Positions 13,401 to 25,848 of a stretch of DNA of 64,000 bases are shown here, one piece after another. Made by a program: the position numbers and the translations under genes. Position 1 is the stretch's first letter. Each line of letters opens with the position of its first letter. The notes beneath the pieces were generated by a model. That model made no database searches. It was not told where the DNA came from and saw nothing but the letters and a program-made list of their open reading frames with translations. The stretch comes from Paecilomyces variotii (lineage: Eukaryota). The DNA lies in NCBI GenBank assembly GCA_004022145.1, contig RCNU01000006.1; one strand, 5' to 3'.

Positions 13401-15124
13401 CCCGATGGATGGAATAAAGAATTGAACCTCACCAGCCGCCCACCCAGTTTTTATGAGCGGCGAACTGAGGTGAGGGTGTATAAGTAGCCACTATCGTCTC
13501 TCCGTGGCTGTTGTAGATTTCGTCATAGGTTATTCTTCCTGCAAAGGTGTGTATACCACTATTCTGCCTTCTGGGTGATCTAGGCAATTATATATAGCTG
13601 AATCTATCAAATTGGATTATTTTCTGCAGGCCTGCGCGATATCTCTGTTCAGAATTACTTGGTATTTGAGAGAAGGCAAACGTCACATGTGCCTCTTGGG
13701 TCTTCTTATCCACCCTTGCCTTCCACATCAGATATTACTTTGGGCTTCATAAAGAAAGCAGAGACACTGCTTCCGGTTGCAAGCAGTCAATCTGCTATAC
13801 CTAATCACTCATACTCCACCAATCGTCAAAAGTCCAATACACTTCACCTCTAGTGAACAGCAAGCAGAGCATTCACACAGAGGAGGCGAGCCTTGGTATT
13901 GAAACCCAGCGCCCTCAAGGCCCAGTCCTGCTTTATCAAATTACCGAAATAAGGAATTACCAGCAGGGACATTGATTCCCCACAATAGAACAAGTACGTA
14001 TACCACAAAGTGAGGGATCCTGTTCACATTCTGTTATTCAGGATGGTATTCTTAGGGTTGAGGTATTAGAACCGCGAGAGTGGCTGACCCATTGAACAGG
14101 ATACCAAGACAAGAAGAGTGTGGCACTGCGCAGTACATCTAGTCTAACCCCACGTCTAGAAGATCATCAACGGAAAGATTCAGAGGTGCATCAAGAAAGC
14201 GTTACGCTCTTGTCTGGCTTAGCCAGGTTAATCGCCGAGAAGTACGATTCAAAGATATTATTATACGACCAGCGAATTTATCGACTCCAACCACACATAT
14301 AGAGAGCCCATTTCCTTCATTCAAGGGCATTGTGTTTAGGTTCCTTGTTGTTTGAAGTGCGCTGTACTTGCCACTGTTGATCTCTCTTCTGCAGTACTTT
14401 CGTACTTTTGACCCCCGGCTTGTTATTCGGTCTATTGGAGACGCGTGAAAAGAAGCGACCGGCAAACGTGCCGGATCACCTCCAATAATAGAAGCCCTCC
14501 CCAACTTGAGACTTACAGGGAGTGACTTTGACTTCTTTTTTTACCCTGGAATCGGGACGAGGATCGCTTCCTATCACATTCTCTTTGTCCGGGGCCCCGG
14601 TTCGCGTGGGCCGCCAGGCGCGTTTTGGATTGCCTGAAATTCCAGTCAAGCTACTACCCCTTTCCTCTCCAGTGACTCTGCATTCGACTTTTTATTGTTC
14701 TTTACTTGTTGTGAATTGTTAGTCTATCTTCTGGGCTTGTGTTGGGAGTAATTTGATATTTGGCGCTTTCATTGCTTTTTATTTCTATCTATCGTTTTAT
14801 TATCTTCCTTTGAACTAGTTCCTCTGTGGAAGTAACTATTTCGTCACTGTTTCCTCTTTTACTCTTTTTTATATACACCAGAATTTCCTTTTTCTTCAAT
14901 TTCTTCAGTCAATTTCTTCAGCTTATAAGGGCTTTTCTTTTCCGTTTGGAACTGATCTGCAGCAGAGTCCTGAGACGTTTTATTTTTTCCAGGGACTATC
15001 TATACTCTGTGTGGAGACTCGACTGAAGGCGTGTTGCATCTAATTACGCCGCTTTCTCGCTGTCTGCGCTCGAATACCGCACATCCTTTTCACTTCCAGC
15101 TGTGGAGCGGAAGAAGTTGCAAGG

Positions 15125-16382
15125 ATGAAGCTAGAAGTGGACGATGCGCTTCAAAAGGGTGTAACCCTCTTGGGTCATGACAAGCCCGACCTCCTCAGAA
15201 ACATGCCTATGGAAATCATGTTTATGATCCTCTCTCATTTGAATATTTCATCGTTGGTTTCTTTTGGTGAAACTTCACGTGCGAATTATATATACCATAC
15301 GCTATGTCTGAAGCGTCTTCATATCGCCGTTTTCCAAAAGCGGCTCCATACAACTATTGCATTCATCGAGGCTACCTCAAGCACGACCGAACACTCTGGA
15401 CGATGGGGTATAGATTCTGAACACCAAGTGTCTATCGTTCTGCCCCGAAGCAATAGGGGGAAAGAGGTCGTTGGGCATAGGTCGCCATTGAGGGGCTCGC
15501 GATGGTCTGCGGAGACAAGAAGGCGAAACTGGGAGCGAGATGAGGAAAATCCACCATCTCTGAATCATACAATCCTGTCACAGAATGAGGTCTTCGCAAA
15601 TCTTCTGAGTCGATATGGTAGAAGTCTTCATGATCTTGAGTTTATGGCATATGATTTGGATGCTAGGGGTGCTGTTGCACTCGCAACTCATTGCAAGTGG
15701 AAACTTCGCCATCTGGCTCTGAGATTTGAACATCCGTACATTCGGGACGCCATTTTGTCTCGAGGATATTGGATGAAACCTGCCCCAAGCAGCACGGCTT
15801 GGAATGCGTTAATCGGCAGTGGCAGCTATGAGAAGGACATGGGACCGACAGGCCTAGAGAGTCTGGTGTTGGAGAGAGCCGGGATCACAGCCTGGCAGCT
15901 GCAAATGCTCGTGAAAAGAAACCCAAGACTGAAAGATCTGCGACTGAGAACATGCAAGGCCATCCAACTGGAGTTTTTGAATTGGCTAGGAGGGATTGAG
16001 AAAGACCCCAACGAGGGACCTAACAACGACTCAGAAGATGCCCCTGGTTCATCGCTACAAGTGCTGTGGCTCGAGAACTCTGATGAAATATCTGCGGAGA
16101 GAATAGATGCGAGTGAGAAAGTAGTCGGCCTTGAATGGATGGTAGGGATGAAGAGTTTGAAGGTATGTTCGCTTGCTCAATCTATGCTTTCGATAATCAG
16201 AAGAGAGTCCTGACTCCATCCCATAGTCCCTGTCTTTTCGTGATTGTCGACGAATAAACGCCGACATCATTGAGAAGGCAAACAAGGAAATCTGGCATAT
16301 CCCCGAGGTCTTCTTACCCTATCCCCTTGGGCCGTCCGGAGGTGGTGAGGGAACTATCGAAGTTGACCCTGCTTATATGTGA
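15125..16382 (+). CDS. F-box protein with degenerate LRR-like C-terminus; intron ~16163-16225
   Basis: N-terminal LLRNMPMEIMFMILSHLNISSLVSFGETSR (F-box-like); LESLVLE, LKDLRLRTC and LQVLWLE LRR-like segments. Confidence 0.7.
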
Positions 16383-17110
16383 TGACTTGGTGAGACTGAT
16401 TGGTTCACATGCCGAGGAATATGAATCCTGGGACTTTCCTACTTATTTCGTTGTCTTCTGGTACTATCCTCTTCCTCTCTTGTTTTAAAATTGGATGAGT
16501 TGGGGTATTTGATAATGAGACCATGCCATGTTATTATGTATATTAATTAGTATTCTATGGCTCGATTTTTGAAGTCAGAGTATCAATATTCACTTGAACC
16601 TTTTGATTGCATATTTGTATGTTCCAGGAATGTGTGGTCAATTGTATGTTTAGTGACATACGGTGCTGAAGGAGCATACCGCTGTGTGAGATTATTCACA
16701 ACAGTGATAAAGATTCACATTAGCTGTCTAATATAGTAGTAGACAGTATCTTGCCTTCAGTCTGAGATGGAAGAAGTGGTATATGCGTCCAATCCTATAG
16801 GATAAAGCCTGAATGGACATCTTAAAGTCAGGTCTTTGATAAAGGCGTTGTTTTCACTATACCCCTGCAGAGTTCCATATTGCCATATGGTGCTGGCGGA
16901 CGCCGTCAGTCATAACATTGGGACTTGCCTGGGCATCAGTGTTGAAGCAGGCCCTTCACTATTTTAACCTCACCCCAGCCGCGCAAACACTCCCTCTCTC
17001 CTCATCACACACCTCCAACTGCGGCTTGCTCTGCGGGTCAACTCATCCTGCGGCTTGAATTCGCGGCTTGAAAAGAATACACCTACAGAAGCACTGAAAA
17101 AAACCTCATC

Positions 17111-18772
17111 ATGCCTTTCCCACACAGATTTCTTCATCATCCTTTTGGCTTTTTGCCTCGCAGACAACCATCTGAAGAACACAACCATCAGAACGCGTAT
17201 CCTGACTTCCCCAATCCAAACATCAATCAGGGCCAGGAGCGTTTCTACGCACGCTATCAAGCGCACGTCCGTAGAGAGCCCGAGTCTCCTTCTCCTGAAC
17301 CTCGTTCTCCTGCCACCGACCTGGCTGCTTTTCGTTACCCTGAATCACTTGCCCCTTTCGAATCCCCTGAATCTGGACCGGTCAACTTGAGTCCAGAAGA
17401 TCGGTTGCTAGCTCTTGTGACCGGCCCTGAACGTGCTCGTGACTCTGAAATCGCAGGTCCTCACCCGTTTCCTGAACGGCCTGACAACATGATTGGACCC
17501 AATCCTCAGGGTGTCCCGTACACCATCAGCTCTGAAGAATGGTCTCTTGCTTCCAACTCTTCCAAGGATTCCCAGGGCGTTGGTGACATTCCTGAGGGAC
17601 AGCTGTCTGCTAGACTGAAGAGCGTGGTCTCAGTTTACTCGACGGTCTATGCTGTAGCTAAGACTGCTTTCACGATTTTCGAGAACTATGGAGTCGAAGT
17701 AAGTTAAGCCCCAAGTGGAGACGCGTCTTTGATACCGAGAACTGACACGGCATAGCTTGATGATACTCCTGCCGGTATCAAATTTCATATTGAACGTGCT
17801 GAAGCTGAAGTCACCAGCAACTCTATTCCTACCTTGATCAAGACCATCGAAGACTGCTATTATGTCCTGTACGCTCGCCTTGCTATCGAAATGGGCAACG
17901 TCCAGCTCTGTGCTTCCTTCAACTTGGACATCCGTCGTCTGTCTGGCCGAGACACCATGACACTTCCTGAGCCTAGTCATCTTTACCTCATCTTGCGTGC
18001 ATGCAAGGAAGTGCTTGAAGCACCGGAAGTTTGCAAAGTCCTCGATGCTGAAATCGTCAAGCAGCATCAGGAAGAATTCGTCCGTCGTGCCATGGCCGAG
18101 TTCGAGCAAAAAGAACACACTGCCAACGACTTGCTAGGCTACCGTCGCTACATGACTAGCCTGATCGAACAGGAAGATTCTGAATTCAGCAGAACCTGGC
18201 GTGGACTGAACCCCGTCTACCAGATGGCCCCAGGCGAAATCCTTGCCATGCTATCCGAGAAATATCTCTCTGTCGAGCCCGTCAAGAAAAACAGCACCCT
18301 CGCCACAAGGGACCTCCCGTTTATCGACCGCGAGCGTGTCAACCCCGACGCATGGGAGCGGGAAATAATCTTGGACAACAGACAGGCCACCTGGGCCAAA
18401 CTCGAAGGGAAGAGTGTCGGAGAGATGCGTCGCGAGGACGAGCGGCGCCCGCTCCTTGACTATGTCAAGGAGTGCAAGTGCATCTGCTTCTCGTTCTGCT
18501 CCTGCGCGACGGAGTGCACCAACAACGTTGAGCGTCTCTGTCCATGCGCTGAGCGCATGATGCGCATCCTCCTGGCCGAAGGCTCCTCGCCCAGGGACCA
18601 GGCGTTCGGGCAACGGTGCGCCGACTTGGCCGCCCTCGTTTTCGAGGGTCTGGCCTCCGTCTACCGGGGAGCCCATGGTTCAGAAATGGCCATGGAGCTC
18701 AAGTCGGCGCTGGACCTCTTCAAAAGAGAGGTCCTCAACGAGCGCCTGGCTGCCCTGGGGGCCAGAGAGTAG
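17111..18772 (+). CDS. Hypothetical fungal protein with a C-terminal Cys cluster; intron 17699-17755
   Basis: Two ORFs joined in frame by a GTAAGT..TAG intron; strong coding-like codon use; motif ECKCICFSFCSCATECTNNVERLCPCAER. Confidence 0.7.
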
Positions 18773-18780
18773 ATGTCGCC

Positions 18781-18819
18781 GGGGTGGGAAGGAGGAGGGG
18801 GAGGGGGAGGGGGAGGGGG
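18781..18819 (+). repeat. G-rich (GGGGGA)n tract, potential G-quadruplex, followed by A-tracts
   Basis: GGGGTGGGAAGGAGGAGGGGGAGGGGGAGGGGGAGGGGG just after the stop codon at 18772. Confidence 0.6.
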
Positions 18820-19360
18820 AAATCTGGGAAAAAAGAAAATATTAAAATAAAAAAAAAAAAATATCTTCAGCATGTGGTTGTTGGAGACCGATTGACCCTG
18901 TCGAGACGGGGGAACTGGCCCTAAGCTGGCTCCCCCAGTGGTAGATAGATCTTGGTCCAGACCGAAACAGGCTACATTTGTTAAAACCATCCAGTGCATC
19001 CTCGTAAGGCTCCCGTATGTATCGAGTGAGTATTGCTCTTATCGACGATAAATAAACCGGAGGATGATCGAAGTGAGATGAGCAAGGCAGGGTTGGTGGT
19101 GAAGCTGGTGGCTCACCGAGAAGGCATGTAGTTAGTTAGTTGACGTTCTCGGCCGTCTAAGTAATACTAGTAACACCTGACGAGTCACGCACGCCTCGGT
19201 GCTCGAGCCTCGTGTACGGCTTCTTCTCAGCTCCAAGGGGCGGAATCATCAGCGTTATATTATCGTCAGCATCTCCGCCGTCCTTCTTCCACCGACCTTC
19301 TTTGTTTCAGAATGCTATGAGCCCCGCCTATCGTGCGCCCGGGGTGCACTCTGAGCGGGC

Positions 19361-20607
19361 ATGCTTGTCGAGTCCATATTGTCTTCTCCGGCCCCGCGAA
19401 CCATCTTCGCCCGGAGTCCGCTGCGGATAAAGTCTTGGATATCAGCAGCATCCGTGCGACGCTATAGTGCCGTGCCTTCGTACGGCACTACAACGCCGAT
19501 TCCAGAGAATTCGCCCGATTTGCTTTTTACCTCTCCCTATCGATTCGAGACGGGATATGCCCTCTCCCCCAAACGTCCTTCACGACCGTTTCCGCCGCCA
19601 TTCCTGTCTCCACCGTCGACATCCTTCTCCGATCCTCTAACAACTCACTTTCGAGGGCAGGATAGGCGATTAACCCTCAAGGGGGATCTGATCAGAGGCT
19701 TAACAAACGGGGATGATGCCGTCCTGGTTGCCGAGAACTTCATTGGAGTCAATGACGGGGTAGGAGCCTGGGCGACGAGGCCCCATGGGCATGCAGCGTA
19801 CGGCACCCGCATGATTCTGCTATGGAATATTGACACTGACGACGGGATGTAGGTTATGGTCCAGACTCATCTTGCACTTTTGGGCTCTTGAGGTTGAGCG
19901 CGGGTCCAAGATCGCTGCTGAACCGGATCCTGTCGAATATCTACAGCGAGCCTACGAGGAGACGGTCGAAGCCACCACAAAACCCAACGAATGGGTAGGA
20001 ACAACTACCACCGTGACCGCGCTTTTACATCACACCGAAGACCCAGACCCTAAGCCGATACTATACGTGACCAACCTGGGAGACTCACAAGTTCTTGTGA
20101 TTCGTCCAGGTGAGCAGCAGCCCATATTCAAGACCACAGAACAATGGCACTGGTTCGATTGTCCTTTGCAGTTGGGTACGAACAGTAAAGATACTCCGCG
20201 CAAAGACGCGGTTCTGTCAAAAGTCGAGCTGCAGGAAAACGATATTGTGGTTGCAGTCTCCGATGGAGTCATTGATAATCTCTGGGAGCACGAAATCGTG
20301 TCGACTATCCTGAAAGCCGTAGAGAGATGGGAAGCAGGTGAAGGTGGAGAAGCGCAAGGTGACCGGACTGCTGGAGCGGGCGGTGGCATGGTCTACGCGG
20401 CTAGGGAGCTGCTGAAGGCCGCACATACAATCGCGCAAGACCCTTTCGCAGAAAGCCCCTATATGGAAAAGGCTATAGAGGAGGGTCTTACCATCGAAGG
20501 AGGTGCGTACTCATGAATCATCCATTGTTTTTCTATTCTGACTGCTGGCAGGGAAAATGGATGATATCAGTGTCGTGACGGCGCTTTGCAAGAAGCGTCC
20601 AGGCTGA
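19361..20607 (+). CDS. PTC7: PP2C-type protein phosphatase, Ptc7-like, probably mitochondrial; introns ~19798-19852 and ~20503-20551
   Basis: GDDA, GVNDGVGAW, NLGDS, QWHWFDCPLQLG, VSDGVIDNL and GGKMDDISVV motifs; Arg/Ser-rich presequence-like N-terminus. Confidence 0.88.
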
Positions 20608-21491
20608 TTAGTGAAAGATGTGTGAAGCTTCCCATGTCTTGGGAAGAAGAATATCTATACCTTCAATAGGCTAGCAACACTGGGTTGCCAAGCAGTCAGG
20701 AAACGATTGTTATCACTTGGGCTGGAGTCGCCGTTCTGCTTGTGACCATCATCTGCGGTCGCCGAACCCGCAACAGGAAATTGTATCGAGTCTTCCGAGC
20801 ACGAAGAACGCCGCTTTTGTCTAAAAAACCCACCTTTCCGAATACCCTGAAAGCTGCGTACGAACAGTAATTACATTCAGTTCCCTTATCAGGATTCAGA
20901 TAATGACAATGCGACCTCGGGTTTGCGCGCCGGAATCATCCTGAAAGGGCAGAAACCCTCATCACATCCGACCTCAGAAACACACCTACACTCAGTCAAA
21001 GGGCCAAATCCCTGTCTCGGGACCTGGAACAAGAATATTATGACTAGCGCAAGGATATGCGCTTCAAAGGCCAATGCACAGAACTTGTGTACTTTACACT
21101 CAATACCTGTATCATAATAACAGGCGGCGGGGATAGGGGGCGCATTGAAGGGATAGATAAGGATACATATAGAATCTCTTAATGATTATCTTCTATAGAT
21201 TCTGGTACGACTTGGCTTCCGCATTATACTTGATTTCGTATCGAACAAGTAATATGTATCTGATTCTTATCGCGTGATTCCTACATATGTACAGGTTTGA
21301 CTCCAGCCAAATTCGTGCACAGACCACACTTAAAGCGCGGCGCGCGGGAAAGCAAACCTTTTGCGGAGCCGGCCAAAAAAAGTTTCGGCGGCAGCAGCAA
21401 CTTCAACGTGCTCGTCCTGCCAGATTCTCTCACCTTTCATTTTATCCCTCTTCCTGTTGTCTGACGAGCTAATTCGTCAGCTGCGATCAAT

Positions 21492-22647
21492 ATGAGGGCC
21501 AAGCGGTCGAAGAAGTATCGCAAGCTCATGCACCAGTATGAGCTTACTTTCGGCTTCCGCGAGCCGTATCAAGTGCTGGGTACGTTCATCTGGGAGCTTT
21601 GAGGAAAAGCCATGGAAAGTCGGATAATTCTGTTCATATTTACTGACTTTGAACATAAAGTGGACTCGAATTTCCTTCGTGCAGTGCACTCTTTCAAGAT
21701 GGATCTCATCCCGGCCCTCGAGCGAACGGTGCAAGGGAAAGTCAAGCCTCGTACGTATATCTTTCTTCAGGAGCACTCTCCCGAATTCAGTACGGATATA
21801 GATGCTAACGGTATATTTCCTTGCGACTGCAGTTCTGACGAAATGTTCTCTGGCCGCTATCATGGCCGACTCCCCAACCAACTCGAGGACCGACAAGCCC
21901 ATCCGTCCCGCGCATCTCCCTCCGCCCACAGTCCTCCCTCTCCGCCACTGCTCTCACAACCCTGAATCTACTCCCATCGACGAAGTCGACTGTCTCATGT
22001 CTCTTCTTTCGCCTAGTCCGGATGCCAAAAAGAACAAAGAACACTACATCCTAGCGACCTCAGATCCTCCTACGCCGCACGAAGACAAAGATGCCGCCAA
22101 TTCGAAGAAGAGAAAGAGGGTAGACCCTAGCCAAGATCCTTTGCGGCGTGCCCAGTCTCTTCGTTCTGCAGCGCGCGCTATTCCTGGTGTCCCGATCATC
22201 TACGTTAAGCGTTCGGTGGTGATCTTGGAGCCTATGAGCACGTCGTCAGAGCACGTGAGAGACGGCGTTGAGAGGGATAAGTTCAAGGTTGGAATTCAGG
22301 CTACAGCGACGGGAAAGAGGAAACGAGAAGAGGAGGAGGAGGCGCAGAAGAAGGAGCGCGGATTGAAGAGGGCCAAGGGTCCGAACCCGTTGAGTGTGAA
22401 GAAGCCGAAGAAGGCAAAGGAAGACCCGTCGAAGCAGGGTCTGAAGCAGAAGAAGAGGAATGAGCAATCCAAGAACGGGGCTCCGGGAGAAGCTAATCAC
22501 AATGGTGACGGCGAAGAGAGAAGAGAGGATGGCGAAGGCGCACACAAGAAGCGCAAGAGGCGGCACAAGAGCGCGAAAACCAGCGGTGATCAACCTGGAG
22601 GACCTGAAAAGGCTGAGGCGGCCGCTCCCGCTGAAGCAACGGAATGA
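21492..22647 (+). CDS. UTP23: rRNA-processing PIN-domain protein Utp23; two 5' introns
   Basis: MRAKRSKKYRKLMHQYELTFGFREPYQVL/VDSNF; IPGVPIIYV; KGPNPLSVKKPKK motif. Confidence 0.92.
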
Positions 22648-23030
22648 TTCTGTTTAATACCGGCTTGGCTGCATCCATTTATCTAGACGGCGTTTCGGTG
22701 GAAACTTTTCATCTTGGGCATTAATGTTTCGGTCGTGTGATCACCTCTTCAATATCACTTCGGCCATAAAAGTACTGTACATACATACTAAGAGTGGAAT
22801 TCATTCACCTTCGATGATAACATGAGTGGAATCTTGGTGTGCATCCTCCTCTATCCCTCCAATAGAGGCACCTTCTCGCCCCTGTGTAATATTCGAAACT
22901 TCCTTTCCAAAAGAGAGACCATCTGAGATAACGCCTCGGAGCTCCAACCCATCAATGCGGTAATATACATACATATCCTGCTCCGTTCAGCAACCTCAAG
23001 TCCCAATCAACCAATCCATCAATCAATCAA

Positions 23031-23454
23031 TCACTGCTTCGTCTCCGCGCTTCCCGTCGCCGCACTCGTCGTATCTGCAGGAGCAACCACACCTTCCCTC
23101 ACTCTCTCTTCAGCCCAAATCTGCTCAATCCGCTTTCTATTCTCACGGGCCTTGTCGCGATTCCGTTTCGCGCGCTCATAACGCTCCGCACCTAGGCATT
23201 TGTTCACTTGAACTTTGATATCGCTGCACTGACCCATGGCTTTCCAGAGGAATCCTCGCGCGTGGCACTCGTCGAGCATGGTCATGATTTCTTCGCAGTC
23301 TGGGGGGACAAATTGGTTAGTCAGTCAGCATGGTTGATGGTTGATAACTAGTTGGAGTTTTATGTGTATTTAATAATACACAAATCAAATGACAAGGGAG
23401 ATGGGTTGGGGAAGACGTACTGGCATTTTCGGGGGTGTGTAGATGAGAATGCAT
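23031..23454 (-). CDS. CMC2: Twin CX9C cytochrome c oxidase biogenesis protein Cmc2; one intron
   Basis: Exon 1 MHSHLHTPENA; exon 2 CEEIMTMLDECH...GQCSDIKVQVNKCL (two CX9C motifs). Confidence 0.88.
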
Positions 23455-24139
23455 TTTCGGGATATGGCGTTCAACGTTCGCCTTTTTTCTCTGTTCTGGA
23501 TGGGATGGAGATGAGAATGGGTGCGAGATTGTTGGTAGAAGAGATTGGAGAGGAAGAAGAGAGTCGTGATAGAAATCGAATTACGGGTATCGATTGATGT
23601 TGTGAAATGTGTCCTGGTTGATTGATGGATTGATTGATTGATATGATTCTATCTTCAGTTCTCTCTCTCTCTCTCTCCGCTCGTCGTTCTGGTTCCGCCG
23701 CGGGATTTGGCTGACCTCCGAGAGGCCGGGGGCGGTCGATCGATCGGGCTGTCCAAAACTAACTTAGCGCCTAGTCTACTGTATTCTGCCGGGCGGAAAC
23801 GAGGTGTCGAACCACAGAAGAAAATTATTATTGTCGGTGAAACAAGAAAGAGGCGTCGCAAGAAACGCAATTTTGTTTCTTGTTCTGTTTCACTGTTTTA
23901 TTTACTCTTCCTTATAGGAAACAGAGGTCGTCTACTTGTTTTCACTTGGAGGGATAGCGGCTATACTAGACGAAAGGGTCGAGAAGTCTGCAAAGAAGTT
24001 TTTTTTTGCCGGGTCCCCCAGCCCCGCCGTTATCGAGACCCGTTTATCTAGGCGGCGCGTGCGAAAAAAGGGAAAAAAAAAGTTATTTACTCTTTCTTCA
24101 GTTTGCGGGACATCAACAGGACACCAGTAGTGTGCAGCC

Positions 24140-25848
24140 ATGTCGATGATTACGGCCACCTCCTGGGTGCGGCGCGGAGTCGCTGCCCAGTTCCCGACCA
24201 AATATGAGATCGACGAGGAGGAGATTGGTCGGATATCGAAGCTCGCGAAGATGCAGCTCGAGGAGGCCCAAGGTGACTTGAAGGCTGCGCAAGAGGAGGC
24301 TCAGGGTGAGGGTGCGACGGAGGGAAAGGAGACGGGGGATGACGATGTCATGGAAGATGATGCGGAGAAGGATGAGAAGTCGAAAAAAGAGTAGGTGGTG
24401 ATCTATTCTCTGAGCTGTGAATAGACGAAGTCATGGGATAGGAAAGGAGCTAACTAGGATATTGCTTTAGTCATGACGATGATGATGATGACCTGAAGGA
24501 GTATGATCTCGATCACTATGACAGCGATCCTGTGGATGAGGACGGTGAGGAGATCACAATGTTCGGCAATGTCAAGTCATTGGCGTACCACAAGCCCCAC
24601 GAGAAAGACCCTTACTTGGTTATCCCAGAGGGCGAAGACGAGGAGGAGCGGGAGGAGCTGCAGATTCTGCCTACGGATAACTTGCTTCTGGCCGCCAAGG
24701 TGGAGGATGAAGTGGCTCATCTGGAGGTGTATGTGTACGAGGACGAGGCCGACAATCTCTACGTCCACCACGATGTCATGCTTCCTGCCATCCCGCTCTG
24801 CGTTGAATGGCTCGACTTTCCCGTTGGACGGGGCACGGAAGGCCGCAGCACAGGCAACTTCGTCGCTGTTGGAACGATGGAGCCGGATATCGAGATCTGG
24901 GATCTTGACATTGTCGACTGCATGTACCCCAATGCTATTCTGGGCCAAGGTGGATCGGAAAACAGTGAACTGAAGAAGCCCAAAAAGAAGAAGAAGACCA
25001 AGGCAAACGACGAGTTCCACGTTGATTCCGTGCTGGCTCTGGCTGCCAACCGTCAGCACCGCAATCTGCTGGCTTCCGCATCGGCCGACAAGACCGTCAA
25101 GCTCTGGGACCTGAATACGGCCAAGTGCGCCAAGTCGTACACCCACCACACGGACAAGGTCTGCGCACTTGACTGGCATCCCCAGGAATCGACTGTCCTT
25201 TTGAGCGGCAGTTACGACCGAACCATTGTGGCTGCTGATATGCGAGCACCTGAGGCTCAGGGCGCACGATGGGGAGTCGAGTCGGACGTCGAAACTGTGC
25301 GATGGGACCTACACGACCCCAACTTCTTCTACGTCACAACGGACGGAGGAATGGTTTACCGCTACGATATCCGAAACGCGCCTGCGACCCCTCAGCAGTC
25401 CAAGGCACAGTGGTCGCTCCAGGCACACGACTCGTCTGTGTCGTCATTTGACATCAACCCCACGATTCCCGGATTCCTCGTGACAGGATCGACCGACAAG
25501 GAAGTCAAGCTTTGGAACGTTGAGAACAACAAGCCCAGCATGGTGGTATCGCGGAAACTGGACGTCGGCAAGGTCTTCTCGACCACGTTCGCGCCCGACC
25601 AGGAGGTGAGCTTCCGATTGGCCGTGGCCGGCAGCAAGGGCACTGTCCAGATCTGGGACACGTCGACCAACGGCGCGGTGCGTCGGGCGTTTGTGGGACG
25701 CATGCCGTCCTTGGAGGGCGAGGTGAAGGAGCGGATGATCGGTCTCAACCAGGACGACAGCGATTCCGACGACGACGAGGAACCCGCGGGGGAGGATGCG
25801 GGACCGGGTGGAGAGCAGGACGGATGGGAATCAATGGAAGAGGATTAA
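24140..25848 (+). CDS. PWP1: Periodic tryptophan protein Pwp1 (ribosome biogenesis WD40); one intron ~24391-24469
   Basis: MSMITATSWVRRGVA start; LYVHHDVMLPAIPLCVEW; IEIWDLD; LASASADKTVKLWDL; acidic termini. Confidence 0.93.
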
